This document shows, piece by piece, positions 34,771-44,900 of a stretch of DNA of 56,067 nucleotides. Every line of letters starts with the position of its first letter. Position 1 is the first letter of the stretch. The stretch comes from Thermoplasmata archaeon. Its GTDB lineage: Archaea > Thermoplasmatota > Thermoplasmata > Thermoplasmatales > Thermoplasmataceae. Position numbers and translations under genes: made by a program. The notes beneath the pieces were generated by a model. It was not told the DNA's origin. It saw only the letters and a list, made by a program, of their open reading frames with translations, and did no database searches. The stretch spans positions 1 to 56,067 of the forward strand of contig JAKATM010000001.1 in assembly GCA_021818765.1 (NCBI GenBank). Direction: 5' to 3'.

Positions 34771-37585
34771 GCATGGAAGAGAAGTCTGAATCCATCTCCT
34801 TCCATAGAGAAGCGAAGAAGTCTTTCACGTCGTTTTCCTTGACCTCTTTCATCCTTGATATTTTTGATCTCGAAGGCAGCCGCTGGAGCTGATCCATCGT
34901 GTTTCCCCTGTCGATGGCCTTTTCCTGTTTCTTTCCAAGTTCAATTATGCTCTTCAGCATGCGGTATTGCTTATCGAGGGAGCAGTAAGTATCTATGTCG
35001 TCAAAGGCACTCTGCTGGAGGAAATCCTCCCGGATCATCCTTGCTATGTCGAGTACGGATTTTTCCTTTTCAGGTAGTGCGTCGTAACCAACCAGCTGGA
35101 CGATTTCCTGTAATTCTGATTCCTTCTGCAGTAAGCTCATTGCGTCGGAATAGACGGAGTTCCAGTCTTCGGCAACGTTTTTGGAATACCATGGAACAAG
35201 ATCATTCTTGTATAATGAATAACTGTTCAGCCAGTTTATCGAAGGGAAGTGCCTCCTTGAAGCCAGCGATGCATCCAGTGCCCAGAAAACTCTTGTTACC
35301 CTGAGCGTGTTCTGCGAAACGGGCTCCGAAATATCTCCACCGGGAGGTGATACGGCACCGACGAGCGTGATCGAGCCCTTCCTCTTTTCGGGAGACTGTA
35401 CAATCGCAAACCCGGACCTTTCATAAAACTCCGACAGGCGGCGTCCAAGATAGGCAGGATAACCTTCCTCGCCGGGCATCTCCTCCAGCCTTCCCGATAT
35501 CTCCCTCAGCGCCTCTGCCCATCTTGAGGTGCTATCTGCCATCAGTGCTATGTTATATCCCATATCCCTGTAATATTCGGCAATGGATATTCCCGTATAT
35601 ATGCTGGCTTCCCTGGCAGCAACAGGCATGTTTGACGTGTTGGCAATAAGTACTGTGCGTTCCATGAGCGGCTTTCCACTCTTTGGATCAAGGAGTTCCG
35701 GGAATGTCGTTAGGATCTCGGTCATCTCGTTTCCACGCTCTCCGCAGCCAACGTACACGACAATATCACTGTCAGCCCATTTTGAGAGCTGGTGCTGAAC
35801 AACGGTATTATGCAGTATCAGCCCTCCATATCCGCCGATAAAGTTCTGTCCATATTCTGGTACAGATAGATCGTAAACGTCTACCGTTCCATATTCGGTG
35901 CTTATCTCTGATATCGCGTCAGCAAAAATTTCGCTCTCTCCCAATGATAAGTGGCTACTTACGTCATAATCAAGAAGGGTTCCAGTTTGGCTTCCTGCAG
36001 CATCTTTGCATGGGGAGAGATCATCAGATGCATTCCCTCCCATGTTTCGCCTCGGCAGTGCGTCTTCAGTATCAGGCGAATTGCCCTGATTAACCCTGCT
36101 ACCCATCTCCTGGATGGATACTGCAAATGTTTCAGTCCGTTGGAAATCATGGTTAATTATTCCCATGAAGCTGGTGAAACTGGATGGTTCGCTTATGAGG
36201 ACCTCGTATGCAATCCGGTCGCCTGATTTTATCAATCTAGTCTCATGCATTATGCCATATCCCGTAAGCATGTAAGAGATTTGAGCACACACCCATTTGC
36301 TGGCTGCCTTCAGGCTCGCAATATTCTTTTCAAGGCGCCCGAAGGCCGCAAAATATGAGCCAATGAAGGATGAGATTACATCTTCAGCGGATCTCATGAC
36401 CATATCCGGTATCCTCCCGTCACTGGCCGAAATACCAGCATCAAGAACGTTTCCGAATTCTGCCTGTTTTGTGGTGTTCACGGATTCAGGGTAAACTGTT
36501 TCCAGTTTTCGATCAAAGCGGGTATGCATTGGGGCGGCTATTAAGTCTCCGACGGTAAGATCGCTTGCACGGGTTTCGACGATATTTCCCTCGTTCGCAA
36601 CACGGAACAATTTGTGTACAGGAGTTACCCTTACCTCCCTTCCGCTCTTGGTTTGAATCCTGACAACTGAACTGCTCTTACCCTTATAAAGCAGGGATGA
36701 TTGACTCTTCACAATCTTCCCATTGTGGAATGAGAAGAGTTCCACTGGCTTCTGGAGATACAGTATTTCCTCGTCTCCATTAACTCTTCTTAGTGCGTTT
36801 CCAGAGTGCTTCAAGAAAAGATCCCTTATCCCAATCAAGGACCCATCGCCAAGAAGAATCGGAGTGTCCCCGGTAACGCACTTTCCAGATCCAAATGGAC
36901 CGGGTACTGCCACTGTGCCTCCTTTTGCTACAGGGAAAAGTGAGTCTATTACCCTCTGGCCTGTGATCAGCGGCTCGGCTGGAGGAAGTTTGCCTAGAAC
37001 CTTTCTGGACTGCCTGACTGGCCAGGTTTGGATCATCCTGAGCGGCACTGTCTTGTTACCTGACTTAAGCTTGCCAATTTCCTCATCCACGGTGAAGTCG
37101 CCTTCCGAAATGCTGCTGATTGTGCCGGATGTGCCAAGCGGGACCATCACCTTATGCAAGATAAGATCCGTTTCCTGGACATGGCCAAGGACCGTACCGG
37201 GTGTAACCTCGTCACCCTTTTTCACGAGGGGAGTGAAATGCCATTTTTTCTTCCGGTCAAGCGGCGGAGCCGTTAAACCCCTGGTTATGAAGTCACCGCT
37301 CATCGTTCGAAGAACATCCAGTGGCCGCTGTATCCCGTCATAGATTGAGGTCAGGAGACCAGGACCAAGCTCAACGGAGAGTGGAAGCTCGGTGTTTTCT
37401 ATGTTTTCGCCCGGCTTTATGCCGCTGGTATCCTCGTAAACCTGTATAGTTGCAACATTTCCAACTATCCTTATGATTTCTCCAACAAGGCCCATTTCTC
37501 CGACCCGGACAACATCAAACATCTTTGCATTCTTAATGTCTTCGCCGTCTATAACTGGTCCTGAAACTTTTACTATTTTTCCCAT
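34742..37585 (-). CDS. atpA: A-type ATP synthase catalytic subunit A, interrupted by a 358-aa intein in the P-loop
   Basis: 947 aa. The N-extein (235 aa) ends ..VPGPFGSGK. The C-extein (354 aa) starts [28 protein letters not shown]. The exteins sum to 589 aa, the normal size of subunit A. Confidence 0.95.
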   Translation of the reverse strand: MGKIVKVSGPVIDGEDIKNAKMFDVVRVGEMGLVGEIIRIVGNVATIQVYEDTSGIKPGENIENTELPLSVELGPGLLTSIYDGIQRPLDVLRTMSGDFITRGLTAPPLDRKKKWHFTPLVKKGDEVTPGTVLGHVQETDLILHKVMVPLGTSGTISSISEGDFTVDEEIGKLKSGNKTVPLRMIQTWPVRQSRKVLGKLPPAEPLITGQRVIDSLFPVAKGGTVAVPGPFGSGKCVTGDTPILLGDGSLIGIRDLFLKHSGNALRRVNGDEEILYLQKPVELFSFHNGKIVKSQSSLLYKGKSSSVVRIQTKSGREVRVTPVHKLFRVANEGNIVETRASDLTVGDLIAAPMHTRFDRKLETVYPESVNTTKQAEFGNVLDAGISASDGRIPDMVMRSAEDVISSFIGSYFAAFGRLEKNIASLKAASKWVCAQISYMLTGYGIMHETRLIKSGDRIAYEVLISEPSSFTSFMGIINHDFQRTETFAVSIQEMGSRVNQGNSPDTEDALPRRNMGGNASDDLSPCKDAAGSQTGTLLDYDVSSHLSLGESEIFADAISEISTEYGTVDVYDLSVPEYGQNFIGGYGGLILHNTVVQHQLSKWADSDIVVYVGCGERGNEMTEILTTFPELLDPKSGKPLMERTVLIANTSNMPVAAREASIYTGISIAEYYRDMGYNIALMADSTSRWAEALREISGRLEEMPGEEGYPAYLGRRLSEFYERSGFAIVQSPEKRKGSITLVGAVSPPGGDISEPVSQNTLRVTRVFWALDASLASRRHFPSINWLNSYSLYKNDLVPWYSKNVAEDWNSVYSDAMSLLQKESELQEIVQLVGYDALPEKEKSVLDIARMIREDFLQQSAFDDIDTYCSLDKQYRMLKSIIELGKKQEKAIDRGNTMDQLQRLPSRSKISRMKEVKENDVKDFFASLWKEMDSDFSSMLGGEQIAAS
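35807..36880 (-). mobile_element. Intein in the atpA P-loop (GSGK/TV junction, the VMA-b type insertion site)
   Basis: Starts [13 protein letters not shown] (block A). Contains [10 protein letters not shown] (block B, TxxH) and [18 protein letters not shown] (block F). Ends GGLILHN followed by +1 Thr (block G). 358 aa. The central region has only degenerate LAGLIDADG-like helices ([18 protein letters not shown]). Confidence 0.9.
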
Positions 37586-37589
37586 TTTA

Positions 37590-37916
37590 TCACGTTCCTA
37601 TGTCTACGCCTAGAATCCTCTTTGCCAATTTCCCAACTGATTCCTCGTCATGCCCGCCCGGCATCGGTATGAACAGGACAAGAGGGTTTGTGGAAACCTC
37701 AATGTGGTCAAGGAGCTTCCTCTCCAGCCTGGATTTTATCTTCTCTGAAACCAGCAGGAGCGAGTACTCGCCTGATCGATAGAGCCGGTTAAATGTCTCA
37801 ACATCGTTGCTTTCATTTACCTCAAAGGCACTTTCCATTCCTATCAGCCGGAACCCCAGTACGAGTTCACGTTCGCCTATAACCGCAATTTTCCCAGTGT
37901 TCTGATCCTTATCCAT
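37590..37916 (-). CDS. atpF: A-type ATP synthase subunit F
   Basis: 108 aa. ..KIAVIGERELVLGFRLIG.. is typical of V/A subunit F. It lies between atpC and atpA. Confidence 0.85.
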   Translation of the reverse strand: MDKDQNTGKIAVIGERELVLGFRLIGMESAFEVNESNDVETFNRLYRSGEYSLLLVSEKIKSRLERKLLDHIEVSTNPLVLFIPMPGGHDEESVGKLAKRILGVDIGT

Positions 37917-37918
37917 AT

Positions 37919-38980
37919 TTACACCAGAATTATCATTTCCCTGATCCTTTCTTCGGATAAATTGTATAGCTTTGCCGCAATAATTGCCCTCAGGTTCTCC
38001 CTTTCCAGTTCTGATCTCAGGATGAAATAGAATATGGAGTTCAGCGAAACTGGAAGAGATGACATCCTTGAGATATATTTGGATACAATACCCTGCTTCA
38101 GGGCTACCTCAAAATGATAAAGTAAACCGGATCTGGAGTATCTCTCGTATGCTGCAGTGAGGTCGTAATAAGGCTTGAAGTGGCCGGCTGCATCTTCGAT
38201 GCTCTGCATTCTTATTGCCTCTTCATAAACGTTTGCAGGAATGTTTCCCCGCAGGAACAGGAATCTGCTGACCTGATCCTGCGGAACTGAAAGTTGTATT
38301 GCCTTGAGGACGGAGAGAATGTTGTACGAATCAATTGTTTCGCGGACATATTCCCTGATGTTGTTCTCATCGCCGTTATAGAATTTCAGGCTGTCCAGCA
38401 TTGTGCCGAAATGATAACTATCCATCGCGGAATACAGTGCTGTAACGTCTTTTGATTTTCTATATTCCTCAAGGTGAACCAGCAGGTATGTCCCAATGCC
38501 GTACCTGGTAAGATAGTCGATAACAGCATCAACGCTTCCGAGGGATATCATGATCCTGAAATCCTCCTGCGTCATGTTGCCAGCAAAGATACCGAGTGGA
38601 AGGTTCCTGAATCCAATGAGAAATGAATCAGTTTCAGTTGCCTGGTATCCGAGTGTTTTTGAGGATATTATCGATTTTATATTCTCAATATCCCATTTCA
38701 TGAAATATGCTTTCAGGAAAGGCCTGGCATTAGGCGGGGGAGAAAACTGTGCCAGCCTGTTTTTTTTTATGAGGTGCCTGTTGACCGCGAAATCCAGAAG
38801 CTCAGGCATCCTGTACAGTGAGGCAAGCTGCTCGATGTCCTCCTTGTAAGAAGTCTCTCTCAGCGATGCTTCAATGCCCTCCAGATCGCGCATTATGAGA
38901 TCATTTATAAGCTGGTTTGAAAGGAAATCTCCCAGCGAGACCTTGAGTCTTCCGTAAGAACCCGTATAAGTGCGATCCAC
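37919..38980 (-). CDS. atpC: A-type ATP synthase subunit C (V0 d homologue)
   Basis: 353 aa, all-helical. Size and position between atpE and atpF fit subunit C. Confidence 0.85.
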   Translation of the reverse strand: MDRTYTGSYGRLKVSLGDFLSNQLINDLIMRDLEGIEASLRETSYKEDIEQLASLYRMPELLDFAVNRHLIKKNRLAQFSPPPNARPFLKAYFMKWDIENIKSIISSKTLGYQATETDSFLIGFRNLPLGIFAGNMTQEDFRIMISLGSVDAVIDYLTRYGIGTYLLVHLEEYRKSKDVTALYSAMDSYHFGTMLDSLKFYNGDENNIREYVRETIDSYNILSVLKAIQLSVPQDQVSRFLFLRGNIPANVYEEAIRMQSIEDAAGHFKPYYDLTAAYERYSRSGLLYHFEVALKQGIVSKYISRMSSLPVSLNSIFYFILRSELERENLRAIIAAKLYNLSEERIREMIILV

Positions 38981-39550
38981 CTATTCTCCACCTATCCTCA
39001 CTGCCACTTCCGCAATCAGGTTCTCCTTGATTGCCTCCATTATTGTGTCCATAGTTAGGTCAAGTTCCTTTTTGCCGTCCGATGAAACCGCAAATATTCC
39101 CCCTGTAAAGCGTGAAGCTTTCTGAAGCTTGTGGACTCCCTTTGTCTCGCCAAGGGACTCCAAATCACTTTCAGAAGCGAATATTTTGCAGTCCTTGCCT
39201 AGCAGTTCCCTTGCGCTCTTTACCATGGATGCCAGAATTTTCTTGTATTCTTTTGTTTTGTAAAATGAGGTGGCAAGTTCGTCAAAAAGCAAAAGGGCGT
39301 CCGAGATGAGGTGGTCCTTTCGCTCCTTTAAAATTCTTCTCTCCTCAATCTCCAGCGCAGTAGAATACCTGGCTCGAGCCTCTTCCAGTTGCCTGGCAAG
39401 CATGGCTTCAGACTCTGCCCTGATATTATTTATCTGCTTCTCTGTGGATATTACAAGCTCTCCGGTTTTCTTGTCATATTCCTGCCTTAGAGCATCAATT
39501 CTCTCTTTTCGATTGTTCTCGATTTCGGAGAGGATGCTTTCTAGTCCCAT
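38981..39550 (-). CDS. atpE: A-type ATP synthase subunit E
   Basis: 189 aa. Long charged N-terminal helix (..ILSEIENNRKERIDALRQEYDKK..) and a globular C-terminus (GGIFAVSSDGKKELDLT), typical of subunit E. Confidence 0.85.
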   Translation of the reverse strand: MGLESILSEIENNRKERIDALRQEYDKKTGELVISTEKQINNIRAESEAMLARQLEEARARYSTALEIEERRILKERKDHLISDALLLFDELATSFYKTKEYKKILASMVKSARELLGKDCKIFASESDLESLGETKGVHKLQKASRFTGGIFAVSSDGKKELDLTMDTIMEAIKENLIAEVAVRIGGE

Positions 39551-39559
39551 TGGGTACCT

Positions 39560-39820
39560 TCAGAATATTCCAAGCAGGAGTACCAACCCAAGGACAAAAC
39601 CTATGATCCAGAGAGTTTCGGGTATTACAAAGAATACAAGCACCTGTCCAAATTTCTCCGGTTTCTCGGCAATAATTCCCATTCCTGCAGCTCCTATTCC
39701 TTGCTGTGCCATTCCAGTCCCGATAAGACCCCCAGCAATTGCAATACCTGCTGCTATAGCTAATAATCCTGCATCTGTGATCGCCAAAATATAACCCCTC
39801 TTAGCCTGATTCCTATACAT
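39560..39820 (-). CDS. atpK: A-type ATP synthase proteolipid subunit K (c)
   Basis: Two-helix proteolipid (..AIAAGIAIAGGLIGTGMAQQGIGAAGMGIIAEKPEKFGQVLVFFVIPETLWIIGFV..) with the conserved carboxylate in PE(T). A TATA-like TTTTATATA abuts ATG 39820, so the TTG at 39787 (preceded by AGAGGGG) may be the real start. Confidence 0.85.
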   Translation of the reverse strand: MYRNQAKRGYILAITDAGLLAIAAGIAIAGGLIGTGMAQQGIGAAGMGIIAEKPEKFGQVLVFFVIPETLWIIGFVLGLVLLLGIF

Positions 39821-39969
39821 TATATAAAAGTGAGTGCAAATAGTGGGCGATGCTTTTATTTAAGGTAGTAATTCTATAGACCACTAAATTGAGCATTTTA
39901 GCGCATTAAGAATGAAACATGTGGCTCGTTGCATCTACGCTTTAATATATCAATTTAACCTGCAAGTTT

Positions 39970-40884
39970 ATGACTTTAGATCCGGATGTAAAGAAATTCA
40001 TGGAAATTATGAAGGGCATGCCATCTTTTGACCCGAGCATGCCTGTAGAAAAAGCAAGGAAAATGGAACTGTCCGAGATGGCGAATATGCCTAGGGAAGA
40101 TGTCAGGAGTGTAACTGAACATAAACTTCCAGGTTCCAGAATTTGGCTCAGGGAATATCTTCCGTATAAATCATCATCTGGTGGTGCAGTGCTCTACATT
40201 CACGGCGGCGGATATGTATTCGGTAGTGTGGAGACATACGATCCTTTCGTGAGACATTTCTGCAATCTCTCAGGGATGAGGATATTCTCTCTCGAATACA
40301 GGCTGGCACCGGAAAACAAGTTCCCTGCCGCTCATGATGATTCCTTCTGTGCGTATCAATGGCTTCTGAAGAACGCTTCAGACCTGATGGTGGATACCAG
40401 CAGGATTAGCGTTATGGGTGACAGCGCAGGCGGCTCGCTTGCGGCATACGTAACACACAATTCTGTCGTAACAAAAACAAGGGCACCAGCGTCACAGATC
40501 CTCTTATACCCGGCGCTCGGAGATTCTGCATCGACTGCATCATTCAGGGAAAACGGGAGTGGATATCTTCTTACGACTGAGATGATGACTTGGTTTTGGG
40601 AGCAATATAGAGGCCATGGCATTCCGGAGAAGGAATTGCAGAGATACCAGGTGAAGCCGGAAGGTGAGCCCGATAGTTTTCCACTATCCATTGTAGTGAC
40701 AGCGGAGTATGACCCACTGAGGGATGCTGGCGAACAATATGCACAAAGCATGATGGGGTTTGGTGCCAAGGTTCTCAGCATAAGGGCAAACGGAATGATT
40801 CACGGCTTCATGACAAACTATGTTATGATCCCAACCGCGGAAGAATACCTGAAGGCACTATCTGCTATGATCCCAAGGCGATGA
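39970..40884 (+). CDS. Alpha/beta hydrolase, HSL-family carboxylesterase
   Basis: 304 aa. Oxyanion HGGGY, nucleophile elbow GDSAGG, and DPLRD and HGF for the catalytic Asp and His. Confidence 0.9.
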   Translation: MTLDPDVKKFMEIMKGMPSFDPSMPVEKARKMELSEMANMPREDVRSVTEHKLPGSRIWLREYLPYKSSSGGAVLYIHGGGYVFGSVETYDPFVRHFCNLSGMRIFSLEYRLAPENKFPAAHDDSFCAYQWLLKNASDLMVDTSRISVMGDSAGGSLAAYVTHNSVVTKTRAPASQILLYPALGDSASTASFRENGSGYLLTTEMMTWFWEQYRGHGIPEKELQRYQVKPEGEPDSFPLSIVVTAEYDPLRDAGEQYAQSMMGFGAKVLSIRANGMIHGFMTNYVMIPTAEEYLKALSAMIPRR

Positions 40885-41004
40885 TTCGTCAGCCGATGTA
40901 TGATCGAAATGTGAGCAAAAAATTAACCTTCATACATTTGATGTATCGATGAATCAAGAAGTCCCGATTGAAAAGGTATTAATTTTTTCAGCAATTAGGG
41001 TTGC

Positions 41005-42714
41005 ATGGTTGATTCGTCTTCTTTCTGGTCCGAAAAGTTGAAAAACATCGAAGGAAGAAACAAAAGTGAAGATCCACAGTACGCAAAGTGGAAAAAAGAG
41101 GTTCTGGGAAAGTGGAACCCGGGATCAGAAGAAAAGGAATTCACAAATTCCTCAGGCATCCCGATAAAGGAACTTTACGGACCCGGAGATCTCTATGGAA
41201 ATCTAAACGAAAGACTCGGCTATCCTGGGACGTTTCCATTCACGCGTGGGATATACCCAGATATGTACAGGGGACGTTTTTGGACCATGCGGATGTTCTC
41301 CGGGTTCGGCACACCCGAAGATACAAACAGGCGGCTGAAGTACCTCATACAGCATGGTGAGTCCGGACTGAGCATTGCTTTTGACATGCCCACCCTCTAC
41401 GGGTATGATTGCAACAATGAAAGGGCCGAGGGCGAGGTTGGAAAGTGCGGCGTCAATGTAAGCACACTGAAAGACATGGAAGTGCTGTTTGACGGCATTG
41501 ATCTCGGGAAGGTGAGCACTTCAATGACCATTAATGCGCCTGCGATAGTCCTGCTGGCAATGTACATGGCAGTCGCAAAGAAACAGGGTGTGCCGCTTGA
41601 CAGAATTTCAGGTACAGTCCAGGCGGACATCCTGAAGGAGTACATAGCACAGAAGGAGTGGATTTTCCCACCGGAGGTGCATCTAAGGATGATACGCGAC
41701 ATGATGGTTTTCTGCACTGAAAGTGCACCACGCTGGAACTACATCAGCATCTCCGGGTATCATATCCGCGAGGCAGGGGCCAGCGCTGTCCAGGAACTTG
41801 CTTTCACCTTGGCAGATGGTTTTCATTACGTTGAGATGGGCCTGAACGCAGGGCTCAGTGCTGATGACTTTGCACCCCGCCTTTCATTCTTCTTCAATTC
41901 TTCCATTAACTTCTTTGAGGAAATTGCAAAGATGAGGGCCGCAAGAAGAATCTGGGCAACCATTCTCCGGGAAAAGTATGGAGCAAAGAACCCAAGAAGC
42001 ATGATGCTCAAATTCCACACCCAGACCTCGGGATACACGCTCACATGGCAACAGCCCCTGAACAATATAATCCGGACGACAATAGAGGCAATGGCAGGTG
42101 TCCTCGGAGGGACGCAGAGCCTTCATACGAACTCCTATGATGAGGCATGGGCCCTTCCTTCAGAGAAAGCGGTCAAAGTTGCGCTCAGAACGCAACAGAT
42201 TATTGCGGAGGAGTCGGGAATTGCCGATACGGTTGATCCCCTGGGAGGTTCATATTACGTGGAGTGGCTGACAGACGAGATGGAAAAACAGGCATATTCT
42301 TACTTTGACAGGATAGATAAGGCAGGCGGTATACTGAAAGCGATCAAGACAGGCTACATCCAGAAGGAAATTGCCAATACATCCTACAGGAGGCAGCTGA
42401 GGATAGAGGAGGGAAAGGAGATAATGGTTGGCGTAAACAAATACGTCGAAGAGAACGAGCCTCCGATAAAGATACTCAGGATAAGCAAGAAGGCACAGCT
42501 TTCACAGAGGAAGAGGCTGAATGACATCCTGGCATCAAGGGACCAGGAGAAAGTAAGGCGCTCCTTGGAAAGGCTTGAGGATGCAATGAAGGATGAAAAC
42601 ATCAACCTGATGCCTTACATGATCGAGGCAGTTGAATCGTATGCAACAATTGAGGAGATAAGCAACATAGGTAGGAGGTTATATGGCGGCTGGAAAGAAC
42701 CTGTCATTGTTTAG
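41005..42714 (+). CDS. Methylmalonyl-CoA mutase, large (substrate-binding) subunit
   Basis: 569 aa. ..YPGTFPFTRGIYPDMYRGRFWTMRMFSGFGT.. and ..ISISGYHIREAGA.. are hallmark MCM barrel motifs. Confidence 0.95.
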   Translation: MVDSSSFWSEKLKNIEGRNKSEDPQYAKWKKEVLGKWNPGSEEKEFTNSSGIPIKELYGPGDLYGNLNERLGYPGTFPFTRGIYPDMYRGRFWTMRMFSGFGTPEDTNRRLKYLIQHGESGLSIAFDMPTLYGYDCNNERAEGEVGKCGVNVSTLKDMEVLFDGIDLGKVSTSMTINAPAIVLLAMYMAVAKKQGVPLDRISGTVQADILKEYIAQKEWIFPPEVHLRMIRDMMVFCTESAPRWNYISISGYHIREAGASAVQELAFTLADGFHYVEMGLNAGLSADDFAPRLSFFFNSSINFFEEIAKMRAARRIWATILREKYGAKNPRSMMLKFHTQTSGYTLTWQQPLNNIIRTTIEAMAGVLGGTQSLHTNSYDEAWALPSEKAVKVALRTQQIIAEESGIADTVDPLGGSYYVEWLTDEMEKQAYSYFDRIDKAGGILKAIKTGYIQKEIANTSYRRQLRIEEGKEIMVGVNKYVEENEPPIKILRISKKAQLSQRKRLNDILASRDQEKVRRSLERLEDAMKDENINLMPYMIEAVESYATIEEISNIGRRLYGGWKEPVIV

Positions 42715-43135
42715 GGACAAGCCGGTGAAAGTTCTGCTGGCCAAGCCTGGCATTGATGGCCATGATCGCGGTATGTTTGTCCTGGCAAAGGCATTCAGGG
42801 ATGCAGGAATGGATGTCCTTTACGCAGGTCTTTTGCCGACGCCAGAAGAGGTCGTCGACACAGCGATAAATGAGGATGTCGATGTCATTGCGCTCAGTCT
42901 CCTGAATGGAGCTCATCTTGTTGTTTTCAAGAAGGTCGCTGATCTCATGAAGAAGAGAGGGATAGACGATATAGCCATAGTTGGCGGTGGCACAATACCT
43001 GATGCCGACCGACCAAAGCTTGAGAAACTCGGCATAACTGGAAACTATGGCCCAGGAACTCCACTGAAGACAATTATTGATCATATCATGATGAGAGCGG
43101 AAGAGGCCAGGTCCAGGAAACTGGGGATCGCATGA
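42683..43135 (+). CDS. Methylmalonyl-CoA mutase, small cobalamin-binding subunit
   Basis: B12-binding motif KVLLAKPGIDGHDRGMFVLAKAF (DxHxxG). ATG 42683 overlaps the large-subunit gene by 32 nt. TTG 42707 or GTG 42725 are alternative starts. Confidence 0.9.
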   Translation: MAAGKNLSLFRDKPVKVLLAKPGIDGHDRGMFVLAKAFRDAGMDVLYAGLLPTPEEVVDTAINEDVDVIALSLLNGAHLVVFKKVADLMKKRGIDDIAIVGGGTIPDADRPKLEKLGITGNYGPGTPLKTIIDHIMMRAEEARSRKLGIA

Positions 43136-44088
43136 CCCGGACACCGGAGGAGATTGTGGATGGGATTCGCGCAGGCGATATCCGTTCTATATCCAGGGCA
43201 ATAACACTTGTGGAGGATCATAACTCGCTCATAACAGGACGCAAGATCATCAAATCAATATACGGAATGACGGGCAAAGCAGGAATAATTGGTATAACCG
43301 GACCACCTGGAGTTGGGAAGAGCACAATCATCGGGAACCTCTCTTCTATGCTCAAGTCAACGGGCAAAAGGGTTGCCGTGATAGCAATCGATGCATCCAG
43401 CCCGTTCACAAACGGTTCATTCCTGGGAAACCGAATCAGGATGCAGGACAAGCTGTATCGGGACGGAATATACATGCGGTCTCTTTCAAGCAGGGGTTCA
43501 AGCGGTGGCCTGTCAAGAAGCACATGGGATGCAGTTCGCGTGCTCGATGCCGCCGGTTTCGACAGGATCATCGTGGAGACAGTAGGTGCCGGCCAGGCTG
43601 ATCTTGACATACTGGGCATGGCGCATACCATTGCAGTCGCACTTGCTCCCGGCCTGGGTGACGAGATTCAAGCAATCAAGGCAGGTTTGATGGAGATTGC
43701 CAGTATTTTTATCATAAACAAGATGGATCGAGACGGTGCTTTCATGGCCATGAAAGACATAGAGGACAGCCTCGCCCTCACACCCCAGAATGAGTGGAAG
43801 ATACCTGTGGTGGGGCTTAATTCGATAAACCTCGAAGGGTATGAAGAACTTATAGCCGATATAGAGAACCATCTTGCATTTGTTAGAAAGAGCCCTGTAA
43901 ACGCAAAAAGGCGCTTCTTCCATGAGGTGAAGGCAGCCCTTATGGCAGAATCCGAATTGAGGATCAATGCGCTGACAGAGAGTTCAATGTCGGGGCTGAC
44001 CGATCTTGAGAGAGATGTAAGGAACAAGGTGGATCCATACACGGTGGCGGAAGAGATATCAAAATCGGTGCTTGGCGACATTGCATAA
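43132..44088 (+). CDS. meaB: Methylmalonyl-CoA mutase-associated G3E GTPase (MeaB/ArgK)
   Basis: 318 aa. P-loop GITGPPGVGKST, ..ETVGAGQ.. and NKMD. ATGA overlap with the preceding gene. Confidence 0.9.
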   Translation: MTRTPEEIVDGIRAGDIRSISRAITLVEDHNSLITGRKIIKSIYGMTGKAGIIGITGPPGVGKSTIIGNLSSMLKSTGKRVAVIAIDASSPFTNGSFLGNRIRMQDKLYRDGIYMRSLSSRGSSGGLSRSTWDAVRVLDAAGFDRIIVETVGAGQADLDILGMAHTIAVALAPGLGDEIQAIKAGLMEIASIFIINKMDRDGAFMAMKDIEDSLALTPQNEWKIPVVGLNSINLEGYEELIADIENHLAFVRKSPVNAKRRFFHEVKAALMAESELRINALTESSMSGLTDLERDVRNKVDPYTVAEEISKSVLGDIA

Positions 44089-44156
44089 TTATTTCTTTAG
44101 CGCTGTAGCGCTTTAAAGGATCAGGAATAGTATCTAAGGAATAGGCGAACGCTGGA

Positions 44157-44819
44157 TCAGGCTTTTATTCTCCTGCTCCTCCGCTTACTCAGGTCCTTGA
44201 CTATAGCCTGGTATTTTGGGCTCTCTTTTGTATAGCTATCAAGATTAGCAATGAATTTAGCGCTGTCCAGAACGTTAAAGCCTACGTTAATGAAGTCCCT
44301 TATATTTGCCTCCTGCACCTCGCTCGTTTTTGAAGAGATGCAGTCCTGGATTATGACCGTATCAAAATCGTTCATGTCGGCATCATATGCAGTTGCCCTT
44401 ATGCAGTTTGGCGTTTGGGTTCCGGTTATAGCAACAGCGTCAACCCGAAGTCTCCTGAGAATAAGATCAAGTTCAGTGCGGAAAAATGCGCTCCATTTCT
44501 TCTTAACTATAACGTAGTCACCGTTTTCCGGCTTAAGTGGACCATAGAACTCTCCGGATGTCGGTCCGGTGGAACTTATTGATAATGGCCTTCCGTTGTC
44601 ATTCCAGAATTTCCACCGGCTTACCTCTACATCGGATCCATCGTCCCTATATCCTCTTGCAATGAAAAAGATCGGTATTCCCTTGCTCCTGCATGCCTCT
44701 ATTACCATCTTTATTCTTGGAACAGTTTCCGTTGCCCCGGGGACGCAGAGCGGCGAGTCTTTTTCAACAAATGCATTGATCATGTCAATAACGATAAGAG
44801 CTATCATATTGCACCTCAA
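44157..44819 (-). CDS. Isochorismatase-family cysteine hydrolase (amidase-like)
   Basis: 220 aa. ..IALIVIDMINAF.. (catalytic Asp region) and ..VAITGTQTPNCIRATAYDA.. (catalytic Cys), as in nicotinamidase, N-carbamoylsarcosine amidase and RutB-type enzymes. Confidence 0.8.
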   Translation of the reverse strand: MRCNMIALIVIDMINAFVEKDSPLCVPGATETVPRIKMVIEACRSKGIPIFFIARGYRDDGSDVEVSRWKFWNDNGRPLSISSTGPTSGEFYGPLKPENGDYVIVKKKWSAFFRTELDLILRRLRVDAVAITGTQTPNCIRATAYDADMNDFDTVIIQDCISSKTSEVQEANIRDFINVGFNVLDSAKFIANLDSYTKESPKYQAIVKDLSKRRSRRIKA

Positions 44820-44900
44820 TAGTTATCCCTGATGGCAATTTCAATCTTATGCAGTCGAGATTCATGAATATATGACAACATATGAAATTTCAAACCGACA

